A DNA stretch of 61,211 nt, the filler included, from Sphacelaria rigidula (taxonomy: Eukaryota): NCBI GenBank assembly GCA_964200075.2. It is 8 parts of 8 records of this genome, joined end to end, with 100 filler letters (N's around TTAATTAATTAA, not from the genome) between each part and the next. Parts side by side here need not be neighbours in the genome. Positions count along the whole stretch, not along the records: positions 45,986 to 53,548 come from CAXNAA020014317.1; positions 53,649 to 61,211 come from CAXNAA020014318.1; 6 more parts are not named here. One strand, 5' to 3'. Position numbers and translations under genes: made by a program. Below the pieces are notes generated by a model. That model saw only the letters and a program-made list of their open reading frames with translations, did no database searches and had not been told where the DNA came from. Positions 48,601 to 61,141 of this stretch are shown piece by piece (position 1 is the stretch's first letter; each line of letters starts with the position of its first letter).

Positions 48601-51600
48601 AATGACGTTTCTTCTTCTCACTTTGGTATTACGAGCCACGTCTACACAAACTGCCTGCATAGCTCTCACCGAGAATACGACAAGCAGTCAGCCTCTCTGG
48701 CCAAGACTCCCTTTACTGGCACGGCTTTATCCGCAGCTACCTGTGAGTAGGGTAGCGATTTATTGGCTCCGGCTGCGTCACGAAAACGAGACGCATCCCA
48801 CGTACCGAACACCCACACGCCGACTCAAGTATTGCCGCAGGGCGTGACACTTGACGTTTGCCGTGGTGAGGGTAGAAGAGATGCTGATGGGAAAGGAGTC
48901 TATGATCTTGTCTTTTGTTTCCAGCGTCGTGAGATAGATACTCTTGATGCTTTGCAAAAATTGTGTCGATACGTTCTTTCGGTTGATGCCGTATTTGATC
49001 TTCGGTACTCGTACTCGTGTATTCGTGTATTTAACAGCATGCTTCGAGGCATTCGTGGATATCAAATCGCTACCTTCGTTCAGATCCTGGGCCATAGATA
49101 CCAGTTTCCTGCAGTTTTTACCTGAATGGTAGATTATTCAGTCGACGCACCCTCTCCCCCATGGTTGAAGCCCTTACTGGTAGGAACAATACGCCGTGTG
49201 CATTTCTAATCCGATTGTATTCGGCCAAATTATAATTGGGTTTTATGACATATTGATGCTGTACATGTAAAAAAAAAACGTGCTGAGCTAGTCAACTGAC
49301 CCATTTTGATGAGACGTCTGTTATCGTCACCGGACGCTATCGAACCGACCAACTAGACACGGCATGTTATTTCCACGCGTGAGGGCTTCACCCTTTGTAC
49401 GAGGCGCATCGGCTGTACAGTCTGTCATTCAAGCAAACTTTGAAGACTAGAAGATGGTCCAGGACCCGAAAAAAGGTCGTCCGTCGGTTTTACACGGATA
49501 CGCTGCTTTTTGGAACACTCTATATTTTCGCATTATTCTTCTGTTTTCGTCTCGGTTATCGTATTCTTATTACCGATTGATTGATTGATTATCTCACATT
49601 AGCGGTTGTGTCGCGCTCACCACGTATTTTCGCTGTGTCTTCCTTTTGTTGCGAACGCTGGTGGGATCTGTTGCGCCTTCTGCTGTCTTGTACGGCGGAT
49701 TAATTATGGTAATTTGCCATTCGCTCTGCGATTCATTTTTTTGATCACAACGAAATGAACATGAATGATGGATTGTGGTACCGCACTTGATCTTCGACGG
49801 GTTTTTTTCAGACTCCCGCTTGACAGGATACCGTGGTTTTAGATTCCCGTAGTTCTTACGATATTTTTGTTAAACCGGGTAGGTATAATATTCGTCCGGG
49901 CTCGTACCGTCTCTACCGCGCTTTCGGGAAACAAGACGCCGAGGTACCGCAGGATCCACGACAACACGATACTGCACTGTACGTACCGCACTGCACAGGT
50001 ATCAAATACCGTGAATTGCAGAGATACCGCGGAAGTCAAGTACCATGCCGTATAATCATTTTCCATAAAACGGTTGTGAGGAACGCCATGCCAAATCTCA
50101 GTTGCCTAACTGGGATTCTTGAATCACCACATCAGGTCGACCTTTTTGAGTCGCGGTCAACTCCCAAAATCTCGAAAATAGCGTAAATCCTTGCTGCCAA
50201 TCTAGGAGCATATATTCAAGACGTGAACAAACCTCCTCTTGATAAATCTAACTGCACCGGGCAACCAAAGTTATTTTGTTTACAGTACCCCCGCCCCCCC
50301 CTAAGGCAAGCAACAAATGAGTACGCCCCCCCCCCCAGAATAACACGATGAATGAGTATGCCCTCGCCCCCCCCCCAAAAAACTTGGGTCTATGGAAAAA
50401 TATTGGCATGGCGCCAAAGCTGAAAGATATGCCACCTCCTGCTGTTGCACTCAGCTCTTTCTTGACGTGGAGGCGTTCAAACAACCGTGAAGTCCAACGC
50501 TATTTCGCCTGACGGGAAACTGTGGCGATTGGTCACCCGTGTAAACAAGAACGCGCGACGACGCGGTGTTCGCAGCGCAGGAGACCCCCCAATTGCTGAT
50601 GATGAAAACACACTGTTTTTCCGAGTGCTTATCGCCGCGCAAATCGAATCGAGACACGTCAACACTTGTTCACGATGCTTTACGGCAACCCTCACTTGCG
50701 TTACAAATGGGATCGTAGAGTTGACGACTACTTAGTATCGGTTCAACGGTAAAAATAAGGCCCGAAATTCGCACCTACAACGTCAAATGAAGGGTAAATG
50801 TGTCCGGTGGTGTCGTTCCCGTTCGCTTCCTCATTTTCAAATTGCCGGTACTGTCTGTACTGTACGAATGTATGATACGAGATGACCGTCATTTCGGAAC
50901 ACTTTGGGCTGCGATCATTGAAACATTGTGAAAGTCTGCTGTGCCGTCAACCCAATAGCACACCAGCATTGGCATGAGAGACCGACATAAAAAGACATTG
51001 TACAGACCGTGAATTCTCGGTTGGCAGGTACAGAGGGGTTTGGAAAGTATATCGTACATACAAGACCGCGGAAGATCGACACTAAGGGAACACCAAACCA
51101 ACATCCTTATTCCGCCGCGAGCGGTGCTGTCTGCCGTATCGAGCACAATCTCGCCCTCACTCCTGTGTAAAGACGAATAAAAACACTGCCGTCAAAACAA
51201 AGAATTCACCTCTGGATGATCTTCTAAGCTCCGTCATCGTGCACAGTCCCCCAGCAACCCTACCGAGGGCTCGCTATTCGGATTGCCGCGTAACCGGCCC
51301 ACCTTTTCCATGTTGCTTTTGATTGTCACTTTCGCCACAATTTTGACGTTCAGATTCAGATCCAAAACCACATCAAGTGGCCTTGCCGCGTACAGTTTGT
51401 GAGGAGGCGTACATGACATTCGTATTTCGTTGATGTGTGAGTGTCCCAGTGGGAAGCTCTCGCTGTGAGCAGCCCCGCGTAGTACAGGAACACCAACGGT
51501 CCGCAAGACCGTTCCACCGATTAGTAAGCGCAGGATCAAGATGAAGTCCGAGGACAAGAACGATGAACGCATGCCCACTGTTTGGAAAGTGAGCACGGTA

Positions 51601-53234
51601 CATTGTCATGCGATAAAAAAAAAAGGGCAAGCACCGCAGACGGAAGGTGCGGTACTAAGGACAAGTAAAAAAGAAAAAGCTCCTGTGCTGACCTTGCTCC
51701 TGTGTGACCCCGGCTGCGGTGCGCCCACATATATATACCGAAAGGTGTAGACCACTGTCCAGGATAGATGGGACAACAACGCATTGTCATGCCCTCCTGG
51801 CATTTTCCCCTCGGTCTGTTGTGCGTGCGTGCTTTTGAAGTATGATATGAGTTCGAGGGACAGAGACGTCCAGAGATCCAGGAACAACACCAATAAATAG
51901 TAGTGACAGGGGATAGACTAGTTGTAGTTGTCAAACAGGGTATCGCAGTTACACAAGAAATTGGGGGGGAAACAAGTGTAGATGCTACGAGGCTTCGCAT
52001 ACAAAAATCATCGCGCTTTTCATCAGCGAACTGTAAACTGTGCTCATGTATTTCTCTACAGCAGCTTTGCCATCCACCGTGAAACTTGGCGCACTTGTCA
52101 GGCACAACACGGTCAGCATGTGCAACAATTATTGGCGGCACATTTGGGCCGTGCTCGAAAATGAGCACAGCGATTGATCAGCGATTTTTGGGCAATACCG
52201 CCTAATTAGCGACTTTAACGCAGCCCAAACTTCGTGCACCGTGAGTGAAGACATATATGATCTGGACGAGCTATTGATAGTGCCTGCCCTATTGACAGCC
52301 GATTTTAAATTTTGGGGTTCAACACGAAAATGGGGTTGAAGTCGCATTTCTCTATTGCAGGGAAGATACGAAAGAGTAACACAGAGCGAAAGTATCTTCC
52401 TCCCCAAAACTCCGCAGGAGGAGTTAATCGTTAGACCGCGAGAGTAGGTCACCTGCTGAATCGGCATCAATATTCACTTGAAAAAAGTACACGTGGTCCA
52501 GATGGACTACCGGCACCGCGGTCCAAGGGTTAAGCAACTCTGGCTAGGTGCACCCAACGAATGCGGAGACCACACACAGCGCACGGTGGCTGCGTGAGCA
52601 CCTGAGTAATAATAGGTACAACAGCACCAGTGCTTCCCATGATAATATAATAATTATTCCGATGTCAGGAGGTCATGCATTATTACTACAACAAGCTAGG
52701 AGGAGAGACGAGACTGTTGTACAATCAACCTCATGTCGTTGCATTCGAGACCCACGCCATCAACCGCCGACAGCAAGGTTCTTGTGACTTTCACGCGACG
52801 CTGTCGGCAGTACGGCAGGCAAACCCGATCATAGCTGGCTTCCCTTGCTTTACCACCGTACTTACTCGCGTCTGCTAATAAAATGCACCCAAATTCTCTG
52901 CGGTACAGGTATGAAAGCAAAACAGAATATATATTTTGAAATCACCCACGAAATGAAAACGACTCACAGGACCTGAGGGGAGGTGTCCGTTTCGGTTCGG
53001 GTGAAAGGTACGAAGATAGTGTCAGACAGAACTACTAGACTGATCGGGGATTTGCATAAGGCAAGCCACGGAGACCAGAACAGAAATCGACAACTTATTG
53101 TTCTTATTAGGCCGGATGTTATGGCAAACAGATTTTTGGCCCATGGATTGTTCACTTTCATGACGTTTGACCCACCTTTTGATCCCCAAGCCGAGAAAAC
53201 CGCCAACACACGTCTCGGACACGTTAGATCACCC

Positions 53235-53548
53235 CACAGAGAGGAGCCTAGTCTGCTGTTCAGATTTGCTTGGCTTCGAGGTTCGAAATTGGCCGCGGAA
53301 CAAAAACTTGCGCGTAAAACTCTGTGTCTGCCGACCCCCGCCAGCTTGGCCTAGTCTGCTTTTCAGATTTGCTTGGCTCCGAGGTTTCAAATTGGCTGTG
53401 GAACAATAATTTGCGCGTACAAATCTGTGTCTTTGCCAAACTGGCGGGGGTCGGCAGACACAGAGTTTTACGCGCAAGTTTTTGTTCCACGGCCAATTTC
53501 GAACCTCGGAGCCAAGCAAATCTGAAAAGCAGACTAGGCTCCTCTCTG
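53235..53548. mobile_element. Foldback/MITE with ~115-bp TIRs (CAC terminus) and an internal third arm copy
   Basis: cagagaggagcctagtctgc...cccgccag at 53237, repeated in tandem from ~53348 and inverted at ~53433-53548. Confidence 0.8.
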
Positions 53549-54540
53549 NNNNNNNNNNNNNNNNNNNNNNNNNNNNNNNNNNNNNNNNNNNNTTAATTAA
53601 TTAANNNNNNNNNNNNNNNNNNNNNNNNNNNNNNNNNNNNNNNNNNNNAGTGTGGGGAAAGCACTGTTTTAGGCTTGAACCTCATCTCGGAGTTAAACCT
53701 CATTTCGCACAATTTGCCGTTAACAGGAGCAACAACGCCAGTAGCCTCAGCAACATCAGCAGCAAGCGAGACGTGGCGGACGGGGCGCAGGGCGTGGATT
53801 TGGTCACAGGTACGGTGCTTCGGGGCGCGGGGGCGGGAATGCCCACCCCGGCAGCCAACTACCCCACTATGACCCGCCGCAAGGTGGGTATGACTATTCA
53901 GCTTATCCTGATGGTCTATATCGTCCTGTAGGCAACGAACCCCCAGTTCACCACGCCGACCCCCGTAAACGATGCATCACATGCGACGAACTGGGCTACA
54001 TGCATACGTTTTGCCCATGGCGTAGACTAGTGACGCCGCATGTCGATTCGGGGGTACGTCATGCGCATCCCACCCAGAATCAATCTCGTCACGGAGGACG
54101 CCAGCCCCCCCCTTGGACTCATGCCTACGGATCGGTCAACACCGTGCAACTTTACGGTGACCAAGGAGGGTACGAAGAGAGCAGCCACGACGAATAACAG
54201 TGGAACGGAACGGATGGAGACGGGTGGGTGTTGGAAGATAGCAGCGACTTCAGCGGTGCAGGTTATGCGCACTGTGTCCAATTTTCCTGCAACCCCCCGC
54301 AATCAACGCAGCTGCCACCAACTCCCAGATCCAGTCATCACCGCAGCAAGGTGAACTTCAACTGCAACACCCCCACCAACTACAGCAGCAACAACAACCT
54401 CATCATGCCCAACCTGATTCTAACCTGCCTTCCTCCGGTTCAGCTGCATCCTCTGCGCCGCTTCACCTGTGCATGGCACATTCTGTGTCCTAAGGCGAGG
54501 CACGTTTTGAGTTGGGTGATTTTTTACTTCGGGTGTTGCT

Positions 54541-55578
54541 TTGCTTAACCAGAGTGGGTCGGGGTTTGACGTGGATGATGGTACAGAGGAGTGGATAAGT
54601 GATCATGGTGCTTCACACCATACCACTGGTTCAATGGTTGGTATGTTTTATTTACGCCCCCCCCCGAAAGGAAATGGACACGTGATAGTGGGGAACGGAA
54701 CAATTCTTGCTGTCAGAGCGGTAGGGAGTTTGAAGCTCAAATTCCACATGGGAAATTCCACCGCCCCGACATCTGTAGGTGCGTCCTCAGAATTTTGCAT
54801 GCAACTGACTGACGTTTACGTCCTAGAAGGTATACATTTCAACCTTTTTTCTCTGCATCAAGTGCAGAAGAAGCAGGATGTACTCCTGACTGAAACAGGA
54901 GTACATATGTTTGACGGTCGGCTTCGCTTCGATCGCAATGAGCGGTCTTCGTCGCAAAGGGCCACTCGTCTACCGTCAACATATGAAAACCCTCCACTTG
55001 CTGCACCAGCTGTAGGTGTAACTGCCCCTCCCCCAAGCGTTCGTGTCCAGTCCGTTCCTCCGGCGAACGTGGTAACTTCAAGTGTTGGTTTCCATTCCGC
55101 TTCACCGCCAAGCGTTGTAACTGCTCCTCCCCCAAGCGTTCGTATCCAGTCCGTTCCCCCGGCGAACGTGGTAACTTCAAGTGTTGGTTTCAAGACCGCT
55201 TCACCGCCAAGCGTTGTAACTGCCCCTCCCCCAAGCGTTCGTGTTCAGTCCGTTCCTCCGGCGAACGTGGTAACTTCAAGTTTTGGTTTCAAGACCGCTT
55301 CACCGCCAAGCGTTGTAACTGCCCCTCCCCCAAGCGTTCGTGTCCAGTCCGTTCCTCCGGCGAACGTTGTAACTTCAAATTTTGGTTTCAAGACCGCTTC
55401 ACCGCCAAGCGTTGTAACTGCCCCTCCCCCAAGCGTTCGTGTCCAATCCGTTCCTACGGCGAACGTTGTAACTTCAAGTTTTGGTTTCAAGACCGCTGCC
55501 CCTGGAAGCGTTGTACCTACTCCTACGAATGGTGTTGGTTCCCTCCATGCAGTCCGAGGCTTCACTGTCCAGACTTGA
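54541..55578 (+). pseudogene. Copia protease plus repeat-expanded linker
   Basis: WISDHGASHHTTG, VIVGNG, LTDVYVLEGIHFNLFSL. Confidence 0.85.
55018..55512 (+). repeat. In-frame tandem repeat, 5 x 99 bp (33 aa)
   Basis: Units start at 55018, 55117, 55216, 55315 and 55414; VTAPPPSVRVQSVPPANVVTSSxGFKTASPPSV. Confidence 0.95.
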
Positions 55579-55660
55579 GTGTGTCCAAGGATAAAGCCCT
55601 GATGGCTGGATTTGACATCACCCCCCCCAAGACGTTTTTCCGCGTTTTCTGGATGAAGGA

Positions 55661-56620
55661 ATGGGAGTTGTGGCTAAAATCGGGACGGCCCTTGCTGTTC
55701 TTGCCCCCAGCTCTCACCCATTTTCAGTTGGGAAACCAAAACAAGAAGTCGACATTAATGTTTTTCACGTTTCCCTCCCCCACATCCATGAGACGTTACT
55801 CCGAGAAACTGCGAAACAACAGGGCATCACATTGACGGGGGTACCGGCGCCATGTGCTGGGTGTTTGGAAGCGAAGGGACAGAGGGCAGGTATTCCGCGA
55901 AGCCTGGGCACGAGGGCAACGACTGTATTTGGCAGGGTGCATCTCGACCTCACCGGCCCACACCCTCGTACTCTGGGCGCATCAACCGATATGCTGGGCT
56001 GCGTCGACAGCAAGTCGCGCTTCATGATGTTTTATGGCCTCGCACGTAAGTCTGACATGCTGGCGAAGGTGAAACGTTTCATCGCCGACGTCAGCGCCAT
56101 CGGTACCCCAGGTTGTTTCACCTTCAACGATTTCGGTGCCTTCTGCGACGATGCAACGATTCGTCGTGAGTACACTGCCCCAGACACCCCGAAGCACAAC
56201 GCTGTGGTGGAAAATGCAATTTGGAGGGTCATGAAGGGGGGCCACGCCGCCCGTCTTGAAGCGCGACGCCTGTTCCCGGAGTGCCGCTTCGATGATATAC
56301 CTCACCTGGGGGAGAACATGGAGCGCCTGTGGCTGGAGGCCGCGGTGTGGGCAGCGGACGGGTTCAGTCGTTCCGCTACTACGGCCAACCCGGGAAGACT
56401 GTCGCCGAATGAAGTGTTCACCGGCAAGCGCCCATCGCTACAGATTGTGCCGTTTCTGCAACCCGTATGATGCGGGTCAACCGCAGAGGCAAGATGGATG
56501 CTCAGTCCGTGGCCTGCCATCAACTCAATAATGGCAGTAACCATTCTTCATCGACGGCCAAGGTCCTCAAGACTGCTACCGGTGCCGTCTGCTACACCAA
56601 CAACGTTGTCTGGACGATAC
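55661..56620 (+). pseudogene. Copia GAG-pre-integrase and integrase
   Basis: FHVSLPH...CAGCLEAK, RVHLDLTGP, VDSKSRF, TAPDTPKHNAVVE; deletion around the second catalytic Asp. Confidence 0.88.
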
Positions 56621-57370
56621 CACATGTGCCACTACAATCGTCGGTAACGCCGATCGTCGGGGGGAAGGAGGCCCATTCCAGTACCGTCGCCGCCGCCGCC
56701 GCGCCGTCAGCAGAGCAGCATCACGGGACGCCGCTCGCCGGCGGGGGGGAAGGTCCAAACGCCGCTCGTCGGGGGGGAGGAGGTTCATGGCAGCACCGCC
56801 GCCGCCGTCGCCACACCGCTACTCCCGCCGACATATCACACAGCGGAGTTCGAGCCGCCGCCGCCACCGCGCCCGCCAACTCCGCCGACTCCGCCGGTAC
56901 TACCGCCGCCGACGGACCCGTCCACACCGCCGATGCATCGATCGCCGCCGACATCCCCGCCGATCTTCTCCAGCTCTTCGGCCCCAATCCCGTCCCCGAT
57001 ACCGTCAGCATCTTCCTCGACTGCGTCGCGCGACGCATCATCCGCCCCTGAAGTGATGGACCATTCTGTCTCGCCGCTCCCAATCAACGTGAGGAAGGAG
57101 CTGGATCTGGAAACAGACCCCCGGCAGCCAGGGCGGACGCGGTCAGGATCGACGCAATACAAGACAGACAAGGCTGCACTCTTGCACCACAGCTGGGGAC
57201 TCATGCAGCAGTTGGATAAGCGATCTTTGCTGTCTGCTCTGTCTGCTCTCCTCACGCGCGGCGTGGTTGATGCCGGGCGACAGGGCAACGATGTTGAGAA
57301 AGGGGGGCCCGGGGAAATACCGATATGACTCGCGACGAGTCTGGCGACGCGTGAAGATATAGATACCGCT

Positions 57371-58975
57371 TTGCGTGAGCAGCGCCCGCCGCACATCCCA
57401 CCGGAAATCCCACATTGCCCAGCAAAGGATCTCAAGGTCCCCAACGGATACACGCAGGCGGTGCGCTCGGACTACGGTGATTTATGGAGGGACTCGATGG
57501 GGCGGGAATGGCGGGGAATTCTGGAGGCGGGGACGATAGACTCAGCGGAAGAGCAACTCGTGGACGACTATATCCATGCAAAGTGGGTATATAACTGGAA
57601 GGCGGACGAGTTTGGATGGCCCACGAAGATGATGTCGAGACTAGTAGCAAGAGGAGATATGCAGAGGGAGAACATAGACTTTGGAGAGTTGTATGCCCCC
57701 ACTGTAGCAGTTTCTAGCGTGGGTTTGTTGGCGACTCTGGCTTGTGAGCAAAATCTTGCGTTGCGCCATTTTGATATCAAACAAGCTTTTGTACAGTCTG
57801 AGTTGGACAAGGATGTTTTCATGCGGTTGCCACTTGGTTGTGGTAGCTTATCTGGTAAAGTAGTAAAACTCAACAAAAGTTTGTACGGATTGAAACAGGC
57901 AAGTAGGCAGTGGCATAATCATCTGGCGGAATGTCTATTTGTCTTGGGATTTGATCAGTGCTTGGCGGATTCATGTGTATTTCGGTTGATTGAGGATGGC
58001 AGGGTGATTATCACCATTGTAGTACATGTAGATGATATATTCGCAGTGGGGGAGAAAGACAGATGTGACGAGTTTGGTAAAGATCTTAACACGATGGTTC
58101 CAGTCAAAAACCTCGGGGATTCGCGTTGGTATTCTGAATTGTACTATGAGAGAGATATTGCAAGGGGGACTATGAAACTTTCACAACAAACATACGCAGA
58201 AGAGTTGGCGAAAGAATACGGAGTAGAGTGGGGAAAGAGTATCCCCAATGCTGTTGGTGCGAAGCTTGAAGAGTTCAGTGTAGAAGAGCAGGCAACGGAA
58301 TTTCCGTTTCGGGAATTGATCGGGTCACTGATGTGGCTGGCAATTCAAACAAGGCCAGACATATCTAACGCAGTACGTGCAGTAGCGAGGTACTGTGCCT
58401 CACCAAAACAGCTTGATTGGCGTGCTGCGCTTGGTATTTTGGGGTATGTTAGGCGAACAAGTTCGCTGAGTATTTCTTTTCGCAGAGGAAGTATACAGGG
58501 GTTGAGCTTTCATGTGTTTGCAGACGCAGACTACGCAAGTAAGGCAGCTGATAGGCGGTCGGTATCAGGAGGGCTGGTAATGTGTGGAGGTGGATGTGTG
58601 TCTTGGTTTTCAAGGACCCAGAAGTGTGTGACACTGTCCACAACGGAAGCAGAGTACGTTGCCATGACAGATATTCTGAAGGAGGTATTGTTTTTGAGAC
58701 AGGTTTGGCGTTTCATGTTGCCACAAATGGGAATGCCATGCATCCCAGTGTTTGAGGAAAACCAGGGAGCTATTCAGTTGACAAAGAACCCAATCACAAA
58801 CTCCAACTCCAAGCACATCGACGTACGGCATCATTTTATCAGGGAGTTGGTTGGGAGGAATGAGGTTTCGGTTATTCACGTGAGATCGGAGTATCAACAT
58901 GCAGATTTCCTCACTAAAGTGTTGCCGACAGAGTCTTTCGAGTTTCACCGTAATATTGTCATGAACATCATGTAG
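57371..58975 (+). CDS. Copia reverse transcriptase and RNase H (open frame)
   Basis: RLVARG, YAPTV, DIKQAF, LNKSLYGLKQA, VHVDDI, ADADYA, RRSVSG, STTEAEY, KHIDVRHHFIRE, ADFLTK. Confidence 0.95.
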   Translation: MREQRPPHIPPEIPHCPAKDLKVPNGYTQAVRSDYGDLWRDSMGREWRGILEAGTIDSAEEQLVDDYIHAKWVYNWKADEFGWPTKMMSRLVARGDMQRENIDFGELYAPTVAVSSVGLLATLACEQNLALRHFDIKQAFVQSELDKDVFMRLPLGCGSLSGKVVKLNKSLYGLKQASRQWHNHLAECLFVLGFDQCLADSCVFRLIEDGRVIITIVVHVDDIFAVGEKDRCDEFGKDLNTMVPVKNLGDSRWYSELYYERDIARGTMKLSQQTYAEELAKEYGVEWGKSIPNAVGAKLEEFSVEEQATEFPFRELIGSLMWLAIQTRPDISNAVRAVARYCASPKQLDWRAALGILGYVRRTSSLSISFRRGSIQGLSFHVFADADYASKAADRRSVSGGLVMCGGGCVSWFSRTQKCVTLSTTEAEYVAMTDILKEVLFLRQVWRFMLPQMGMPCIPVFEENQGAIQLTKNPITNSNSKHIDVRHHFIRELVGRNEVSVIHVRSEYQHADFLTKVLPTESFEFHRNIVMNIM

Positions 58976-59045
58976 AGTCTCCAAGACACTGGTACATTGG
59001 TTCGGTTTGAGCTAGTTTGATTTGTTTTCGGGGACATTTACCCGC

Positions 59046-59295
59046 GACTAATGTCGAGATAGCCTCCCCACGAAAGGTGCACCGGCACCATCCAACGAAC
59101 CGGCTGCGATCCCACTATTGGGCCCGTTCGCAGAAACTTCGCCCACATGAGAGGCGTGTAGCAGTCCGAAATCAGTTATAACGCCCAAGTCAGTCGCGTC
59201 GTGCAGCACGAAACCAGCTATAACGGCAGTAATGATCATCCCCTCCGTGCACATTTTTGGCCGGTTTTTTTGGGGGGGCTACCTCGGCAGCAGTC
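59046..59295. mobile_element. GAC...GTC MITE (M1 subfamily b), 250 bp, in the Copia 3' UTR
   Basis: gactaatgtcgagatagcctcccc / gggggggctacctcggcagcagtc; flanks ccgc/ccac. Confidence 0.82.
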
Positions 59296-59612
59296 CCACC
59301 CCGGGAAAGTAGGGGTACGAGGCCATGGTTGCAATGTTTTCAATTTTGCAACGAATTATATTATCTTCGACGGTTACGACCGGATTTGATTTTTTTGTCG
59401 CAGACAAAATATGTTTCAATGGTTTTTGGTGATGGAATTCGGGTGCCACAAAAGTTGCCAACGCAAACATCGGAAACTGGACTGTTTTTCGACTTTGAGT
59501 TTCGTTGATGATTTTTTCTATTCTTGTTGAATACATCTCTGGGATTTTTTTACATTTGGTTTGCGATGATTTGAGTTTCTGAATTCGAATTATTTTTCAG
59601 TAGTGAAAGGCG

Positions 59613-60219
59613 TGATGGGACGGATGAATAGCATGAGTATGTCGTGACATATTGAGGAATAGTACTAAAGGAAGGTATTTCAGTTTGCTAAGTAGATGGC
59701 ATTACCATATGTCAGTACATGGGTGGGACGACTGTTTGTGCTTGATAGTATAGCATTAGCTATTGTCTAGTAGGGTTTGAGACATGAATACAATCAGCCC
59801 GTGAGTAGGAGGGCTAATCGAATATGAGAGTATGAGACTTGAGAATTGAGTAGAGTTGAGCCGTGAGTAGGAGGGCTAATCGAATATACTCACACTCAAT
59901 GATGGATGCATGTCCTCAGGCCTGGAAGCTTGGGAAATGGATATTGTGGTTGAATTATGACATATGGGTAAATGGGAAATTAGGGATACAGTTATGTTAT
60001 TAAGGGTATACCCGATTTGTTGGTTGCAGTAAGACTCCGCTGAAGAGGCACACGCCCAATCGCGTGGCCGAGGAATTAGGTTATGACTTGTTGTTTTTGT
60101 ACATGAATGACTCTTCACGATTGACCACCCCCCTTTTTGGCAGTGCATTTTTCTGGATTTTTACGTTTTGGTGGAGAGTATAATATACATTGATCAACAA
60201 GAGAATGAATTCAACAACA
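59613..60219 (+). repeat. Possible Copia 3' LTR
   Basis: Purine tract agtgaaaggcg followed by TG; candidate CAACA end; internal ~28-bp direct repeat at ~59798 and ~59860. No 5' LTR is available for comparison. Confidence 0.3.
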
Positions 60220-60229
60220 GAGGTCCCAC

Positions 60230-60689
60230 GACCTTTTCTTGCACATAGACCCCAGCGTTTAGTAGGGGATTCAGCCCTTACCTATAGCCTCCCATTGCAG
60301 CAGGTGTAATGGGTCCTGACAGGTAGGTGATGACCTGCTGTAACCGCTCCGAAAGATTGGTGGAATCTACGATTTTGGGATGATCCTGCTGTACGCTCTT
60401 ATTCAATTTGCAGGTTTCACAAGGCGATAGTGACCCTTCAAACCTCACACCTGTTTGGGGGATATTCTTAAGACGTCGCGCGGCCTGTTCCGCAGGATGT
60501 CCAAGTCGCTTGTGCCATACGTCTGCTCCTGCCGTTGTAGATAGCGCTGTTGATACGTCGGCCATGTCTTCAACTGTTTCTGCTACATGAACAGTGCCGA
60601 TGCTCATAAGTTCCCCTGACATAGTTGTGGCCGTCAGTGCTGAGCTGAAGCTGTTGATCCCTGGTTTCTGAGAAATCTTCAAGTGGACG
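60230..60689 (-). pseudogene. Second Copia fragment (GAG-pre-integrase and integrase start)
   Basis: ADVWHKRLGHP...CETCKLNKS...LSGPITPAAMGGYR. Confidence 0.85.
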
Positions 60690-61025
60690 CACGGGTGGCC
60701 ACTGGGGTCTGTAACCTGACCATTTCGGGACCTGATCCACATTTGGTAAGGTCCGCGGATTGGGTGGACAACTGAAGAGCATTCGCACAGCATGGACAGC
60801 TTCGAAACAAAGTATGTTCCAGTCTACAGGGGAGTCACCCGCCTATAGACTGGGACATGTTTTGTTTCGATCCTGTGTGACTCCCCAGTAGACTGGAACA
60901 TGCTTTGTTTCGAACCTGTCCATGCTGTGCGAATGCTCTTCAGTTGTCTACCCAACCCGCGGACCTTGCCAAAGGTGGATAAGGTTCCAAAATGGCCAGG
61001 TTACAGACCCCAGTGGCCACCCGTG
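60690..61025. mobile_element. 336-bp palindromic MITE with CAC...GTG termini
   Basis: ~148-bp imperfect TIRs (cacgggtggccactggggtctgtaacctg / caggttacagaccccagtggccacccgtg). Confidence 0.85.
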
Positions 61026-61141
61026 TGCACAGAAGTGTTCCGCTGAGGTCACTGTTGATACTTGTACGCACTTTAAAGGTTCGAAGGTCTACATGAGAAT
61101 TCCTTGAGAAAATTCTCGATATGCCTTTCGTTTGAGCTTCA

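Larger units (their letters stand above)
53649..59612 (+). mobile_element. Ty1/Copia LTR retrotransposon (5' end off the contig), disabled
   Basis: Order gag knuckle CITCDELGYMHTFC (~53973), protease, integrase, RT, RNase H. Confidence 0.93.

Noticed and set aside
55018..55512. CRISPR-like array
   Set aside because: Contiguous 99-bp coding tandem repeat with no unique spacers and no cas genes; eukaryotic context.
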